Assembly (NCBI GenBank): GCA_036785375.1
Contig: JAWMAR010000001.1
Coordinates: forward strand, 744,001 to 808,000
Length of the DNA: 64,000 bases
DNA from: Leucoraja ocellata
Taxonomy: Eukaryota
Direction of reading: 5' to 3'
Shown: one piece after another, positions 48,706-62,036 of the stretch
Numbering within the stretch: position 1 is the first letter of the stretch
Layout of the letters: the number at the start of each line of letters is the position of its first letter
Position numbers and translations under genes: made by a program
Notes under the pieces: generated by a model
What the model was told of the DNA's origin: nothing
Database searches by the model: none
The model's input: only the letters and a program-made list of their open reading frames with translations

Positions 48706-50022
48706 TTGTTTCTATGCATGTGTGCGTGTGTGTTTGTCTGTCTGTGTGACTTTGTGATCCTGGAACTATGGCAAAATGGCACACGGTACAAAATGGTAGG
48801 GAGGGGAGTGGGGTTTTGGAGGGAGGGAGGGAGTTACTGAGGGTAAGGGAAAGGAGAGAGAGGAAAAGTTGAGGGAGGGAGTGGAGAAGGGGAGGAGGAG
48901 GGGGAGAGAAGAGGGAGGATGAAGTGAAGGGGAGGGAGTGTTGATGGATAAGGGGAAATGGAGGATAGGGGTATGAAGAGGGATGGCAAGACGCAGTTGG
49001 GGAGATTTGCCATGACACACGTCACAACGTGAATCTCTGGCACCACAACAGCAACCCATCAAGCACGCTTGCACAGTTAGGGGATATGGGTGAGTGGTGG
49101 AATATTACGTTTGGGGACCAGCCCTCCCATGTGACAAGGACCCAATGGGTCCCACTTGGTCTTGCATATTACTAAAACTCTCATCTTGTTTGTTTGTGAG
49201 TCTGTGTATCAGTCTGCCTGTGTGTGTGTGTGTGAGTGTGTGTGTGTGAGTCATGCCCTGAATTACACCAAAACGGTACACTATAGCGCTGAAAATTCTG
49301 GACCACCTTACTCAGCATTGTCTGTGGTGTGGTGTATCATGTTTTGTTCAGATTGATGGTATATTTTACTTTATTCACATTTTTACATTAACTTTACATA
49401 ATCCTACTTTGAGAAAAATGTCTTCCATCTGCACTGGCAGTTAGCACCTATGATGTCACGATGGGATCTCTTTTACATAAACCGCCCGTCAACAGTGTTC
49501 CACCAGTGCAATGAGAGGTTTGTTATATGATTGTAAGGAGAGGTAGAGAGTGGGGGAGGGGAGGAGTAGAAATGTTATTTAAACATTGTGTTTAGTGGCG
49601 GAGTGGGATATGGGAGAGGTGAGGAGTGGAGGAGCAGGGAGATAGATGGAGAGAATGGGGGTAGGGAGGGGAGAGGGGTTATGGAGGGAGGGAAGGAATG
49701 ACTGAGGGTAGGGGAAAGGAGAGGAAGGGAGAGGAGAGGGAACGAGTGGAGGAGGAGAGGACGAGGAGAGGGGAGAGAAGAGGGAGGGGTGAAGAGGAGG
49801 GCGAGGGAGTGTTGGGGGATGAGGGGAAATGAGCCACGCATGCGAAGTTGGGGGAACGGGTGAGTGGTGAAATAGTGCGTTGAGGGAATGGGTTGCGTTG
49901 GGGGACCAGGTCTCCCGTTGGGGTTATGGTTGAGTGGTGAAATATTGCGTTGGGGGAACGGGTTGCATTGGAGGACCAGGCCTTCCATATGACAGGGACC
50001 CAATGAGTCCCATTTGGTCTAA
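48706..50022 (+). mobile_element. Head-to-tail non-autonomous Helitron-like elements
   Basis: Two related purine-rich units, each ending in a GC hairpin (49138-49152; 49995-50011) and CTTG / CTAA|T. Confidence 0.55.
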
Positions 50023-50489
50023 TGTTCAAATAAAAGTGATGAGAAGAATTCATTTTAGACTTTACCCATTTCCTGTGACTCTACTAATCGTTGATGGGAC
50101 CTCCCCTCTCCATTCCTACCCCTTTGCTCTTAATACATTTTTATTAGGGTTTTCCTTTCTTTCCTGCCATATCTCAGGTCCCCTTTTTGCCCTCTTAATT
50201 TCCTTTTTAAGTGCACTATATCCAATATATCCCTCAAGAGACTTGCTCATACCCAGCTGATTTATGCCTTCATATTTTTCCTGACCAGAGACTCAATATC
50301 TCTCTTAACCCTGCCTTGCCTTTCATTCATTCTTTTCTTTGAACAGCAAACAAAAACGTTTCACTCTACCTCAATATATGTGACAATAATAAACTATACA
50401 AAACTAAACTAATCTAAACCAAACTAACACCCAGATATATTTTGGTCATGAACTTTTCAGACCTCACTTTTAGATGCCTTCCACTGATC

Positions 50490-50717
50490 TGATGGCGGAA
50501 AAGACGTAAGCACGAGTTTTCAGAACTAAGGATAACTGACCGGTAATGTTAAATGCCTGCCGAACTTCTCAGCTGTGTATCTCTGGCTTATTAAAAGTTG
50601 TCTGGTTTCTTAAAAGTGTCTCCACTCCTTCAACCACGTCCCCCCCCCCCCCCCTACATAAATCACTCAATAGTCGCCGGCAGTCCGCTGAAAAATTGCC
50701 TAAGTGGGACAGGCCCT
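50490..50717. mobile_element. Partial MITE of the same TIR family
   Basis: Ends gtgggacaggccct+taa; interior is the reverse complement of 17881-17950. Confidence 0.65.
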
Positions 50718-51924
50718 TAAAGCATTACACCAACTGTTGACATGGTCAATATCAGGAACTTCAGTTGAAAACAAGAAAACTTAGGAAACTTTACTCTTTG
50801 TCAAAATAAGGTTTGCAAAAATGTTCCAGTCTGCTCCAGTGGAATACCTGCACCTCTCCCAACACTATCCCAACTATTCACAGTGTAATTGGTGGAGTCT
50901 AGGCATGGGCTTGTTATAATCAGGCGTTTGATCCAGTGTGGCCCCTCTACAGTGGATCTATGGTATGTGTCAATGTGCTGTGCAATAGAGGAGCTTTTCA
51001 ACCAGAAAAGCTGGAAAATTCACACTAATCTATTCAGGATCTAAACCAGGAAGCATTAATTTCCACTACACCATGTATAGAATATGATCTAAAAATTTGT
51101 GAAGAAAGATGGCATTCAAAATTAATTTATGTTTAAATTCAGCAGCTCTAATCTTGATGACACATTTAACCAATACCTCTTATGCGTGTCTTTAGGTAGA
51201 TTTCGTTTTTTACATTTACAATATTCTTTAATTGCAAAAAATCTTAACTATGTAATGCAGATCATTCAAGTCAATATGTTCATATCTAATCACAAATCAC
51301 AAGGAGGAGCAGGAATAGGCCACCATACAAAGTGATCGTGGCTGATCTACATTGGCCTCAACTCTCTCAATTCCTCCTCTCTGCCAGATCCCCAAATCCG
51401 CAATCCTTCAATGTTTTAAATATTAACATCTACATTTTAAATATATCAAATGACCTGACCTCGATCATTCTTGGGGTTAGAGAATTCCTGTGATTGCCAT
51501 GCATCTCAGTTTTAAATGACTGGTCCCTTATCTTGCAACAACTTCCCCTTATTCACCACTCTCATAGAAACATAGAAAATAGGTGCAGGAATAGGCCATT
51601 CAGCCTTTCAAGAGAGCACCGCCATTCAATATGATCATTGCTGATCATCCAAAATCAGTACCCCGTTCCTGCTTTCTCCCCATATCCCTCTTTCAGTCAT
51701 GTTATTCCCATTACATAAATCAGCATGGCATGAATTATCTTTAATTTACAACTTTAAAGCAAATAGGTCAAGAGGTTTTAACAGGTTTCATCCAATTAGT
51801 GTGCAGAAGTAGAAGGAGCATAAACTTAGCCCTTGTCCATGGACCTTTGCTGTGGCTGCCACCTCTTCTTCATTACACCCCATAACACATTACAATGGAC
51901 AAACAAGCCTGTCAGCTTGCAGCT

Positions 51925-52530
51925 CTTGGTCACGGTCAACACTTTGGTCAGCACTGGGCCATGGTTAACACCTCAGTCACAACTGGCTCATGATCAATAC
52001 CTTGTTCAGCACTGGGTCATGGTCAATGCCTCAGTCAATGCTCAGTCACGGTCAACATTTTGGTCAGCACTGGGTCACGGTCAACATCTTGATCAGCACT
52101 GGGTCATAATCAACATCTCGGTCAACACACTGGTCAATACTAGACCACAGTCAACATCTTTGTCAGCAAAGGGTCACCATCAACACTTCATTCAATACTC
52201 AGTCATAGTCAAAACCTTGGTGAGCACCTGGTCATGGTCTACACCTTGGTCAATACTGGGTCATTGTCTACACCTTGGTCAGCACTGGGTCATTGTCTAC
52301 ACCTTGGTCAGTACTGGGTCACGTTCCACACTTCATTCAGCACTCAGTCATAGTCAACACCTTGGTCAGCACTTTGCCATGGTCTACACCTGGGTCAGCA
52401 CTTAGTAAGCATTGGGCCATGATCTGCATCTTGGTCAGTACTGGGTAATTGTCTACATCTTGGTCAGTACAGGTTATGGTCTACCACTTGGTTAGTATGG
52501 GTCATGGTCTACACCTTGGCCAGCACTTGG
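51925..52530. repeat. 29-bp minisatellite, consensus ~CACCTTGGTCAGCACTGGGTCATGGTCWA, about 20 degenerate units
   Basis: Period measured directly (52271 to 52300). Confidence 0.85.
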
Positions 52531-53587
52531 TTGTTGTCGACAAACCTGCTCTGGAACAGTAAATTTCAGACATGCCAGACATCTTTCACTGTGTGGATGG
52601 CATTCCATTTATTTGTGTCCCAAAAAGCTGCCATATATCACAGAGTCCTGTGTGGTGTTGTAATTATGCTTCTAGAGCAAATCCCTCCCCCCACCCCTCC
52701 CCATTAGTCTAGTTCAGTAAAACACCGAGTCAAGCACTGGACCACTAAACTTTATTTTATGAAACAATAACGAATCTCCATATACAATACCTAATGCTGC
52801 GGGTCCGATCCTAGTCTCTGCTTGTCCAAGCCCTTCAGCCTCGTGCAATCAGATACCTCCAAAAGGTTACACAGTCCCAATCGCCCTTCCAGAAGATCAA
52901 CAACGAACCTCGTGGGGGTTATCTTTTATAGGTCATCGAACCCTGTGGGGCAGAACTACATGGGGGTAGTAACCCCCTACAAACCAATCACAGATATCGA
53001 TTATATTAAAGTATTATTGACAGTTCCCCAACCCAATTACAAAGCATCCCATTACAATGTTTCTACAGAAGCTTCTGGAAGGAAGTCAATTAATCAAGTA
53101 ATGCAACATTCTCCTGGGGAGTATAAACAAGGCTTCACACTTCAGCCAATCATCAAACTGTAACACAAACACCTTGCAACATTATTAACAGTATTTACAA
53201 TCCCTTTGCAGTCGGCCAATCCTGATAATGCATCTGCAACACCTCTGGGCTTCTCTGCAAAATCCTCATACATTTTAACAATAGAGAGGACATCTGGATC
53301 TTTCCCCATCCTGCATATCAATCTAGGGTTCAGACTAGCTGGCGCCAACCCACAGCCTGTAAGTTTTCTCAGACAGAGGCCAACAGGCCCTGCAGATGCA
53401 AAGATCCACCATTTTATAATAACTTTAATTTATTAACAGTGTGATAGTTCAGGTCAAACCTAGATAAAAAGCCCTGCCCTTCCTCCCAGAGCCAGCACGG
53501 TGTGCAATCCTGAGTCTGTCTGTGAAGTACATAGAAACATAGAAACATAGAAATTGTATACAATTGTATACAGCTTGTAGAAGAAGT

Positions 53588-53888
53588 GGCAGCACAGTGA
53601 CACAGAGTTGCTGTCCTACAGCGCCCGGGTTCAATCCTGGCAATGGGGGCTGTCTATATGGAGTTTGTACGTTCTTCCTGTGACCGCATGGATTTTTCTC
53701 CAGTGTTCCAGTTACCTCCCACACTCCAAAGACATACAGATTGGTAGGTTAATTTGGCTTCTGTAAATTGTAAAATTGTCCCTCGTGTGTAGGATAATGT
53801 TAGTGTATGACGATCTATGGTCAGCTCGGACTCGGTTGGTCAAAAGGATTGTTTCCTCACTGTATCTCTAAACTAAACTAAACTAAAT
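53588..53888 (+). mobile_element. tRNA-derived SINE with (AAACT)n tail
   Basis: ggttcaatcc box B; same core. Confidence 0.75.
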
Positions 53889-54328
53889 TGATATCTCTCC
53901 ATATTTAACCGCACCTGGCAGATGTTGATTCATAACTTGCTCCCTCGTAACAAAAAGGATTGTTAACATCATTATTAAGTTTGTTTCAAATTCTGGACCA
54001 TTGCGGCTTTGATCACATAATCATTTGATAACTTAATTGACACCCTTCAGATGGCTTCAATTATTTGTAGCAGTTCAGCTCTGCCACACTGCTTAAAGCA
54101 CATAAGTATTTTCTGAAAAAACATTGATTTTATTTCGGAGTCACGTGAGTGACTAAGTGAAGAACCCGCCAGGACGCATGCTTGCCATATCGCTACATGC
54201 ATTGCGAAACGACAGGCGGGGTGGAACGACGTTCCCCCGCAGCGGCAAGTTTAAAAGCCGGGACCGACAGGTAAGTGGTTACTCTGCGGTCATTATTGTT
54301 CCCATACTGTTTCACGGGTGGGGAAACG

Positions 54329-55554
54329 ATGGACAATTCCAAAAAGTCAACCAGAGCTGCGACAAAGCTGGCGGGGGAGTACCGCGGAGTTGCGGGCAGC
54401 CAGCAGCGGCCGGCGGCACAGGAATCACCCGTAATGGGATCAGCTGTGCCCGGCTTAGCCCCCGCACCGGCCAGATCAACACTGCGGCCGGGCGGGAAGG
54501 CAAAAAGAAAAACAAACAGAGTCGTTGACTCTGAGGAGTCCGACTTTAAGGAGACGCGAGCGGCCAGCTGGAGCGTGCTGGAGCCGGATGGAGCGGCTCA
54601 TGGAGCAAATGCTCCAAAGTGACAGATTCCGGGAGATGGAGTCTCGTCACCGTGGGTCATATATAACACCCACAGCAGCACCAGCTGCACAGTGCATTTC
54701 CCTCGTCAGAGGGGAGTACTGGGGGTCAATTCTGGGCTGACCCCGAAGAGGGGTTTGCTGAACAAACTACAAGTGTGCCGGGGGTGCAGGAAGGTGAAAA
54801 TCTACTGGACATGGTGTCCAACTACATACAGCCGGATCAGACTGGTCGGAACCTAGAACAGAAACTAGCTGCCAGCATTGATGTCCTGTCATTCAAGCAA
54901 CTACAGGAACAGGCTGTGATGGACACCACTGCCAAATATTTGGCACCAGGAAATTGCGTATCCCTGAATGTTCCAGTCGTGAATAATTGTATCTGGAAAA
55001 ATGTCGGAGCAGCAGTTTGAAGCATGGATGTCAAGCTCCAGAGAATACTAAAACTACTAACAGCAGGGATCACAGCATTCGCTCGCACAGTGGATGGGAA
55101 GGAAATGTCGCAAGAGCAACAGGATGCACTGGCACTATTCTGCAATATGCAGTATGAAATCAATAGTGTCAAAAAGAGTGCCATCCGACCTGCCCTAAAT
55201 CCAAAATTTGCAGGCTTGTACAAACCTGGAGACACAAAGCCACCAATATTATTATTTGGTGGAAACCTGTCCAAGCAGGTTAAGGAGCTCGATGAGGAGG
55301 CAAAAACCCTGGGGCTCATAAAGGCGACAACAGCAAGGACCTCCCACAGCCACAGACAGCACCCTTACGCACCCACCAGCAGAACAGGAGAAGCTGGTGA
55401 AAGCTCAAAGGCCGGGCGTACAGGACAGCAGTCTTTTTTAGGCCATGGCCCAGACCAGCCTTCGTGGAAAATGCTCAAACCCCAAACCCAAACCCAAACC
55501 CAAACCCGGACACCGGCGCCTCAACCTCCTCGAAGACCACACAGGAAGAAGTAA
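54329..55554 (+). pseudogene. DIRS ORF1 (gag-like), disrupted
   Basis: Fragments 54275-54622, 54775-55020, 55024-55554 upstream of RT, separated by a stop and frameshifts. Confidence 0.6.
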
Positions 55555-55715
55555 ACCTTCCACTGGTAACCATGGAGGTAGGTGGGTCTGGTCCCTTACA
55601 AATTATAGGAAGTGTGGATAATACACATATCGGTGGGAGATTACACTTCTTTTGGGAGCATGGAGTGCATTGACAACAGACAATAATATCCTAAACAGTA
55701 TCCAGGGATATACCA

Positions 55716-57041
55716 TTGAATTTGTGCACAAAAATAGCCCCCCCAGTTCAGCATGTACCGAACCGAACGTTCATACTTTCACGAAAAGAAAAATTAGAAG
55801 CACATGCTGAACTGGTGAGACTTCACGCAAAGGGGGTAATTGAAAAAACCCAACACGATTTTCTGGAATTTGTGTCTAATATCTTTACCAAAAACAAAAA
55901 AGATGGTGGTTGTCGCATCATCGTAGATTTTACCAACTTGAATACATATGTGCAATATATTCATTTCAAAATGGAAACCTTTGTTACTGCCAAACAATTG
56001 ATTTCCGAAGGCTACTTCATGGCTAGCATCGACTTAAAAGATGCTTACTATTCAGTGCCTATACGGACTGACCACAGACGTTATTTAAAATTCAACTGGA
56101 TGGGACAGCGCTGGCAGTATAGAGCTCTACCAAATGGATTAACATCAGCCCCCATGCTGTTTACAAAAATCTTGAAACCAGCCGTAGCGTTTCTTCGGAA
56201 ACAAAAACATATGATCATGGCCTATCTAGATGACATATTGATTGTGAGCAAAACTTTGGAATTAGCCAAACTAGCTGTATCAGCCACCAAACAATTGTTT
56301 GAGAAACTGGGGTTTATCATCCATCCAGTTAAATCTAAACTAACGCCTTCCACCATAATGGATTATTTGGGGTTCACTATTGACTCAGTTCACATGTCGG
56401 TGACTTTACCAAAGGACAAGGCTACAGTCTTAACTGAGGCTTGCAACAATCTCATTGACATCAGTGAACCATCTATCAGATTGGTAGCAACGGTGATTGG
56501 CAAAATAGTGGCTGCTTTTCCAGCCACACAATTTGGACCTTTGTATTATCAAAATTTACAAAGGGCAAAAATACAAGCACTCAAAATTAATGCTGGTCAT
56601 TTCGACAGACCAATTAAGCTACCAATCAAAGCAATTATGGAATTAAAATGGTGGAGGGATAACATTCGGCATTGTTCCAGCCCTATTATTATCAGCAACC
56701 CCTCAGTGGTGCTACAAACTGATGCCAGTGCGCTTGGTTGGGGTGCAACCAATTCCATCTCCAGCTGTGGAGGTAGATGGAATGCACAGGAGGCATCATT
56801 ACTACAGACACTTGGCATAAACTACCTGGAAATGCTGGGTGCGTTCTATGGCCTAAAGTCATACTGTTCTGGAATATATCACCAGCATGTTAGACTACAG
56901 ATTGGCAATACCACCGTGGGTATATTAACCATATGGGTGGAATCAAATCGACATCATGTGACAATCTGGCTAATACAGTTTGGCAATGGTGTATCCAAAG
57001 AAATATTTGGATATAAGCTACTTACCTACCAGGTAACCTAA
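55716..57041 (+). pseudogene. DIRS reverse transcriptase / RNase H
   Basis: KKDGGCRIIVD, SIDLKDAY, LPNGLTSAP, YLDD, TDASALGWG, INYLE. Confidence 0.9.
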
Positions 57042-57046
57042 ATTCA

Positions 57047-57502
57047 GTGGCAGACACCAGGTCACGCAAATTCAATGAAAACATCGAATGGATGTTGGAT
57101 ATGAAAGTATTTGCTGAAATTGTAGCACGGTATGGAACACCAGATATCGATCTATTTGCATCTAGACTCAATCACCAGTTACCAAACTATGTTTCTTGGG
57201 AACCAGACAGTGGGGCATCAATGATAAATGCTTTTTCGCTGCATTGGGGGAAATTGTTTTTCTATGCATTCCCTCCTTTCTGCCTCATCAGTCGGGTATT
57301 ACGCAAAATACAACAAGACTTGGCGTCTGGTATTTTGGTAGTGCCCAATTGGCCTACTCAACCATGGTTCCCTGTGATACTCGAAATGGTCTTAGAACCA
57401 TGTATCACCATCCTGAAACAACCAGATTTGTTGGTTCATCCCATAACTGGGGATAGCCATCCATGTTATAAAACGACAAACTTATTAATTTGTAGAGTCT
57501 AA
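57047..57502 (+). pseudogene. DIRS DNA N6-adenine methyltransferase-like domain
   Basis: IDLFASRLNHQLP, YAFPPF and VPNWPTQPWFP motifs typical of the DIRS MT domain. Confidence 0.8.
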
Positions 57503-57540
57503 AGAAACCTCTACTGGAACTGGTACTGACGGACCAAACA

Positions 57541-58470
57541 TTGAACATTATCTCAGCGGCTCACAGGCAGTCCACCAAAAAACAATATCTGGTATACATC
57601 AGGAAATGGGAGATATATTGTCACAGAAACAATATCACTTACAGCTCGATGAACATAACGTCTGTTCTGGAATTCCTGGCAGGCCTCCATTATGATGAGG
57701 GGCTCAGTTACAGTGCCATTAACTGCGCCAGAAGTGTCCTTTCAGCATATCTATGGCGAGGATCAGAGCGTCATTCTGTTGGGACTCACCCCCTGGTAAC
57801 CAAACATATGAGAGAATTTTTAATATCAATCCCCCAAGAACCAGGTACTCTCATATATGGGATGTGAGTATTGTCCTAACGTTGCTAAGGAACTGGTCTC
57901 CAGCAACAGCTCTATCCCTGCAAAATCTGACGCATAAAACAATCATGCTGATGGCTTTGGTTACAGCACAAAGAATACAGTCTTTGCATAAGTTAAGGCT
58001 GGACAATATGACTTCTTCAACAAGAAATATAACTTTTCATATTCACAAATTTGTCAAACAGAACAGACCAGGATCATCAGGCCTCAAAATAGAATTTAGG
58101 GCCTACCCTTTAGATGATCGTCTTTGTATAATAAGACATTTATTGTTATATATGGAGAACACCAAAAACATCAAAGGCAATGAGATGGCACTACTAATCA
58201 GCCACAAGCAACCCCACAAAAAAGTGTTGGTTCAAACTATTTCCAGATGGCTGAAACAGGTTTTAACAACAGCTGGGGTGGATACTAACATATTCAAATC
58301 GCATTCCACCAGGGCTGCAGCTACATCGGCAGCTATGGAGTTGGACGTACCGATGGACTAAATGCTGGAGACAGCAGGATGGTCAAGGGAAAAAATGTTC
58401 CAACAATTCTACCATAAACCACTGGTTAAACCTGGAACTTTTGCAGAATCAATTTTAAGTTCTGTAATAT
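57541..58470 (+). pseudogene. DIRS tyrosine recombinase, frameshifted
   Basis: LVTAQRIQ (catalytic R), HSTRAAATS (HxxR), premature stop before AGW. Confidence 0.85.
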
Positions 58471-60837
58471 GATTTCACCCCATAAAATAGGGGCTATAAT
58501 TTGTTGTTAATAAATTTATCATGGATTTTCAATGTCGGATTCATGTTTAAACGTTAACACAATTCCTCCCTTAGTCAATTAAGGCAGATGTGATGCATGG
58601 ACTCGTTTCCACGGCATGAAATCACAGAGCTTTGCAATCTTCACATAGTCACTCACGTGACTCCGAAGTAAAATAGTAAGATTAAACGAGAACTTACCAG
58701 TTCGAAGTTTGATCATTACTTTATGAGGAGTAACGTTGAGGGATTACGTGCCCTCCTGCTCCTACCCTTGATAATAAAGTTCAACTGGTATCCTCTTCTC
58801 TAATCTTACTATGTTCAGTCATTACTGTTATCTGTGATTTCACACCGCTGCTTTGAAGAATGACACGCATGCGTCCTGGCGGGTTCTTCACGTAATCCCT
58901 CAACGTTACTCCTCATAAAATAATGATCAAACTAGTAAGTTCTCGTTTAATCTTACTATTCTACTTCTAATCCTTGGTTTTTTGGAAATTGCAAGAACTG
59001 GTTTGAATCAGAACATTTGGCACCTACTAATTTTTCCAGCTATTATAAGCACAGTCAATAACTGCTGATTTAGTGTTCTGTAAATGGGCTAGTTTTCCAT
59101 TCTCTTCTGGTTATTAAAAAGTGGACATGGATAATGGTATAATGGTATACCAGATCTTCATGGTTTCTTTACTGAAGTGGTGTTGAAACTTTCCACATAG
59201 CAGAAGATGGCACAGATTTTCAACCAAACCCAATAATGAGGTTAACAATCCTTCTCCCCACAGGGTTCTGCGAATCCTTCTAACAACAGATTCTTGAATA
59301 GTACTTGTTACAGGTGTTATGGAGTGATGGCAGGAGAATGAGGTTGAGAGACAAAGATAGATCAGCCATGATTGAATGGTGGACTAGACTTGATGGTCTG
59401 AATGGCCTAAGTCTCCTCCAATAATTTGTGAATTTATAAAAATTCAAGCATTATATTCTAAATCATTCTGTGCGGTTGTAATAAATTTATGGTCTGAACG
59501 GAATTGGTTTGACATTTTTCATTGAAGGAACAAATGTAGACAGTCATCCCAGGTAATCCACGAAACAAGTTATTACAAGCAAAATTAATCCTCAGACAGT
59601 CTTTCTTATTAATCAAAGAATTTGCAAGATGCCTGCTCAAACACGCATTCAGGGTTTGTGAAGTCCAGAGTATCGCACAGCTACATAGTGAATGGCTACC
59701 ATGTTCACCAAGATCCTCTGCACATGCATGTTCATCCAGATCCTCCTCTGTTTACCAGTTTTTCACCATTGCAAAACGTTCTGCTTTTCTATCCGACTCC
59801 AGTGGATGAACCTCTCACTTAATACTCAACTGTTTAATTGGCCTCTTTGGGCCAGAAATTGTATTTCACTCATTTTGAGAGCCAAGTTTGATCCTCACCT
59901 TGAGTGGCTGTCTATGTGAAGTTTGCTCATCCTTTAATCCTAGGGGCCTTTGGTTTCCCTCACACATCCCAAAGATGTGTGGGTTTGTAGATCAATTGGC
60001 CTCTGTAAATTACGTCCAGTTTGTAGTGAGTGGATGAGAAAATGGAATAACTTACAACTAGTGTGAATCGATGGTTGGCATGGACTCTGTGGGCCGAAGG
60101 GCCTGATTATATGCTGAAACTTTAAACTCAACTAAACTAAGATCTAATATCGAACTTGGGAGCGGCAGAATTTGTGAGGCATCAGCACTATCCTCTGCGG
60201 CCATGAGACATGCCCGCTGATTATAATGTCTTGCTGCAATTTCTTCTGCTTTGCCAGCATTCATCCCCACTGCATTTTGTGAAGAGATCAGGACTCCATT
60301 AATGGTGTGCACTGTTCATGCTTGGTTCAGGGGCAAAGTATGTCTGGAGTTGGACCAAAATTCCTTCATAGGCGCCGTGCTATTCCAACTATTTATGAGT
60401 TATGGCAGCAGACCACCCCATCTAACCCTCTTTGCATCAACTAAGGCATTCGATTTTCCAGCTGGCTTTGGAAACAAATAGAAATGTTATCTTAAGTCTT
60501 TGATATCCCTGGCACTGTCCATACATTCCTTTGGGACTTTATTTTTATTGGAGATGATGATAAATGTTTATGATTCAAACCTTTATAAATCCTTCCAAGC
60601 ACCAACGGTGTAGATGAAGGTGAAATTAAAGATAGACACAAAAAGCTGGAGTAACTCAATGGGTCAGACAGCACCTCTGGAGAAAAAGAATAGGTAATGT
60701 TTCGGGTCAAGACGCTTCTTTAGGTGAAATTAGTTAGCTTGCAATTAATTAACTGGGATAATTAGCAGCAAAGAAAGGAGTTTGAGATCCACATTTAAAA
60801 ATGTCAAGCAAGACCTATTATATAACTTGTTGAATAA

Positions 60838-61318
60838 AGGGCCTGTCCCACGAGCATGCGACTGCATGCGGCAAGCGCGACCTAACGTGGTCGCTTGAGC
60901 CGTACGGCCTCGCGGGGCCGGTCCCCGTCCCACTTTGATCACCGGAGCCGTATGGAGTTCTCCGAAAAACTGACACTGTCCAAAAATTCTGCACGGCAAC
61001 GCCTGCTGGCCCGCAGCCGCATTGAGGCCGTACGCACCACCTCGACGGGCGTGCACAGCTTCTCGATGCCATACGCAGCGTCTTGATGCCATACGCAGCG
61101 TCTTGACGCCGTACGCCTTCGCTCGAACTTCACGTCAACTCGTATGGGATCACTCAACCTCCGCACAGCCCCCGCTTCCAGTTTGGTCACACTCGCCGCA
61201 TGCAGTCGCATGCTGGTGGGACAGGCCCTGTATGGTGATCACTCGACCTCCGCGCAGCCCCTGCTTCCGGTTTGGTCGCGCTTGCCGCATGCAGTCGCAT
61301 GCTCGTGGGACAGGCCCT
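60838..61318. mobile_element. PIF/Harbinger-like MITE with duplicated right end
   Basis: Same TIR, TAA TSD; 61141-61229 repeated at 61230-61318. Confidence 0.88.
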
Positions 61319-62036
61319 TAACACTTTAATTTTTGTTCTGTTTAATTCTGGGATCTGATATTTCAGTCAAATTCTGTCATACAACTTCAATTTGTTTTTA
61401 CCCCATTTCTAACTCCCTTTCTCTTTGTTGAGTACGAGTCAATTCTGCAGCATTTAATCACTGGAATGTCTGAACCATAATTCCTGTTGAATTTGTTGGT
61501 AACATGATGATACCGTTGTGCTCTCTGACAGCGTAAGTGGGTATCCCCTTTCTTGCATGAGTGTGGTATTCCTCGTGATGTGAATGATTCATGGTTTAAT
61601 CGGATCTCATACAGACTGGGTGGAGTGATACCTTATTCCACCACTTATTATGGCAGTGAGAAACCGGATCGATTTTTGCTGGTGAGAACTTACTTGAGAT
61701 AAGCTTGTGTCTGTTGTTTACAGATGGCTTGGTGAGAGAGGAATTCAGCAGACTTGCAAGTCATAAGTTCATGTCATAGGAGCAGAGGTAGACCATTTGG
61801 CCCATCGAGTTTACTCTGCCATTCAATCGTAACTGATCGATCTTGCCTCTCAACCCCATTCTCCTGCCTTCTCCCCATAACTGTTGACATCCTTACCAAA
61901 AGTATCTGTCAATCTTGCCTTAAAAGTACCCATGATGGCCTCCACATTCATAGGTCATGTGATAGGAGTAGAATTAGGCCATTTGGCCCATCAAGTCTAT
62001 TCTGCCATTCAACATCAAGTCTATTCCGCCATTCAA

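Larger units (their letters stand above)
54128..58960 (+). mobile_element. DIRS1-like tyrosine-recombinase retrotransposon, near full length, with stops and frameshifts
   Basis: Gag-like region, RT (YLDD), RNase H (TDAS..GWG), MTase-like domain and YR in order; ITR pair 54157-54181 / 58867-58891; ICR 58638-58750 complementary to both termini. Confidence 0.93.

Noticed and set aside
51833-52405. 190-aa His/Gln/Trp-rich ORF
   Set aside because: It is a translation of a 29-bp minisatellite; the period is not a multiple of 3 and there is no splice or start context.
51925-52530. CRISPR-like array
   Set aside because: The units are contiguous with no unique spacers, there are no cas genes, and the context is eukaryotic.
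52700-53440. Possible solo LTR on the minus strand
   Set aside because: TATA-like and AATAAA-like motifs are present, but I could not define TG...CA ends or a TSD.
57047-58361. Bacterial or phage methyltransferase plus integrase (contamination or HGT)
   Set aside because: Both are normal DIRS domains, lying inside the ITR/ICR-bounded element downstream of RT/RNase H.
59600-60480. Possible exons of a neighbouring gene
   Set aside because: Short ORFs with no recognisable domain or convincing splice-site pairs.
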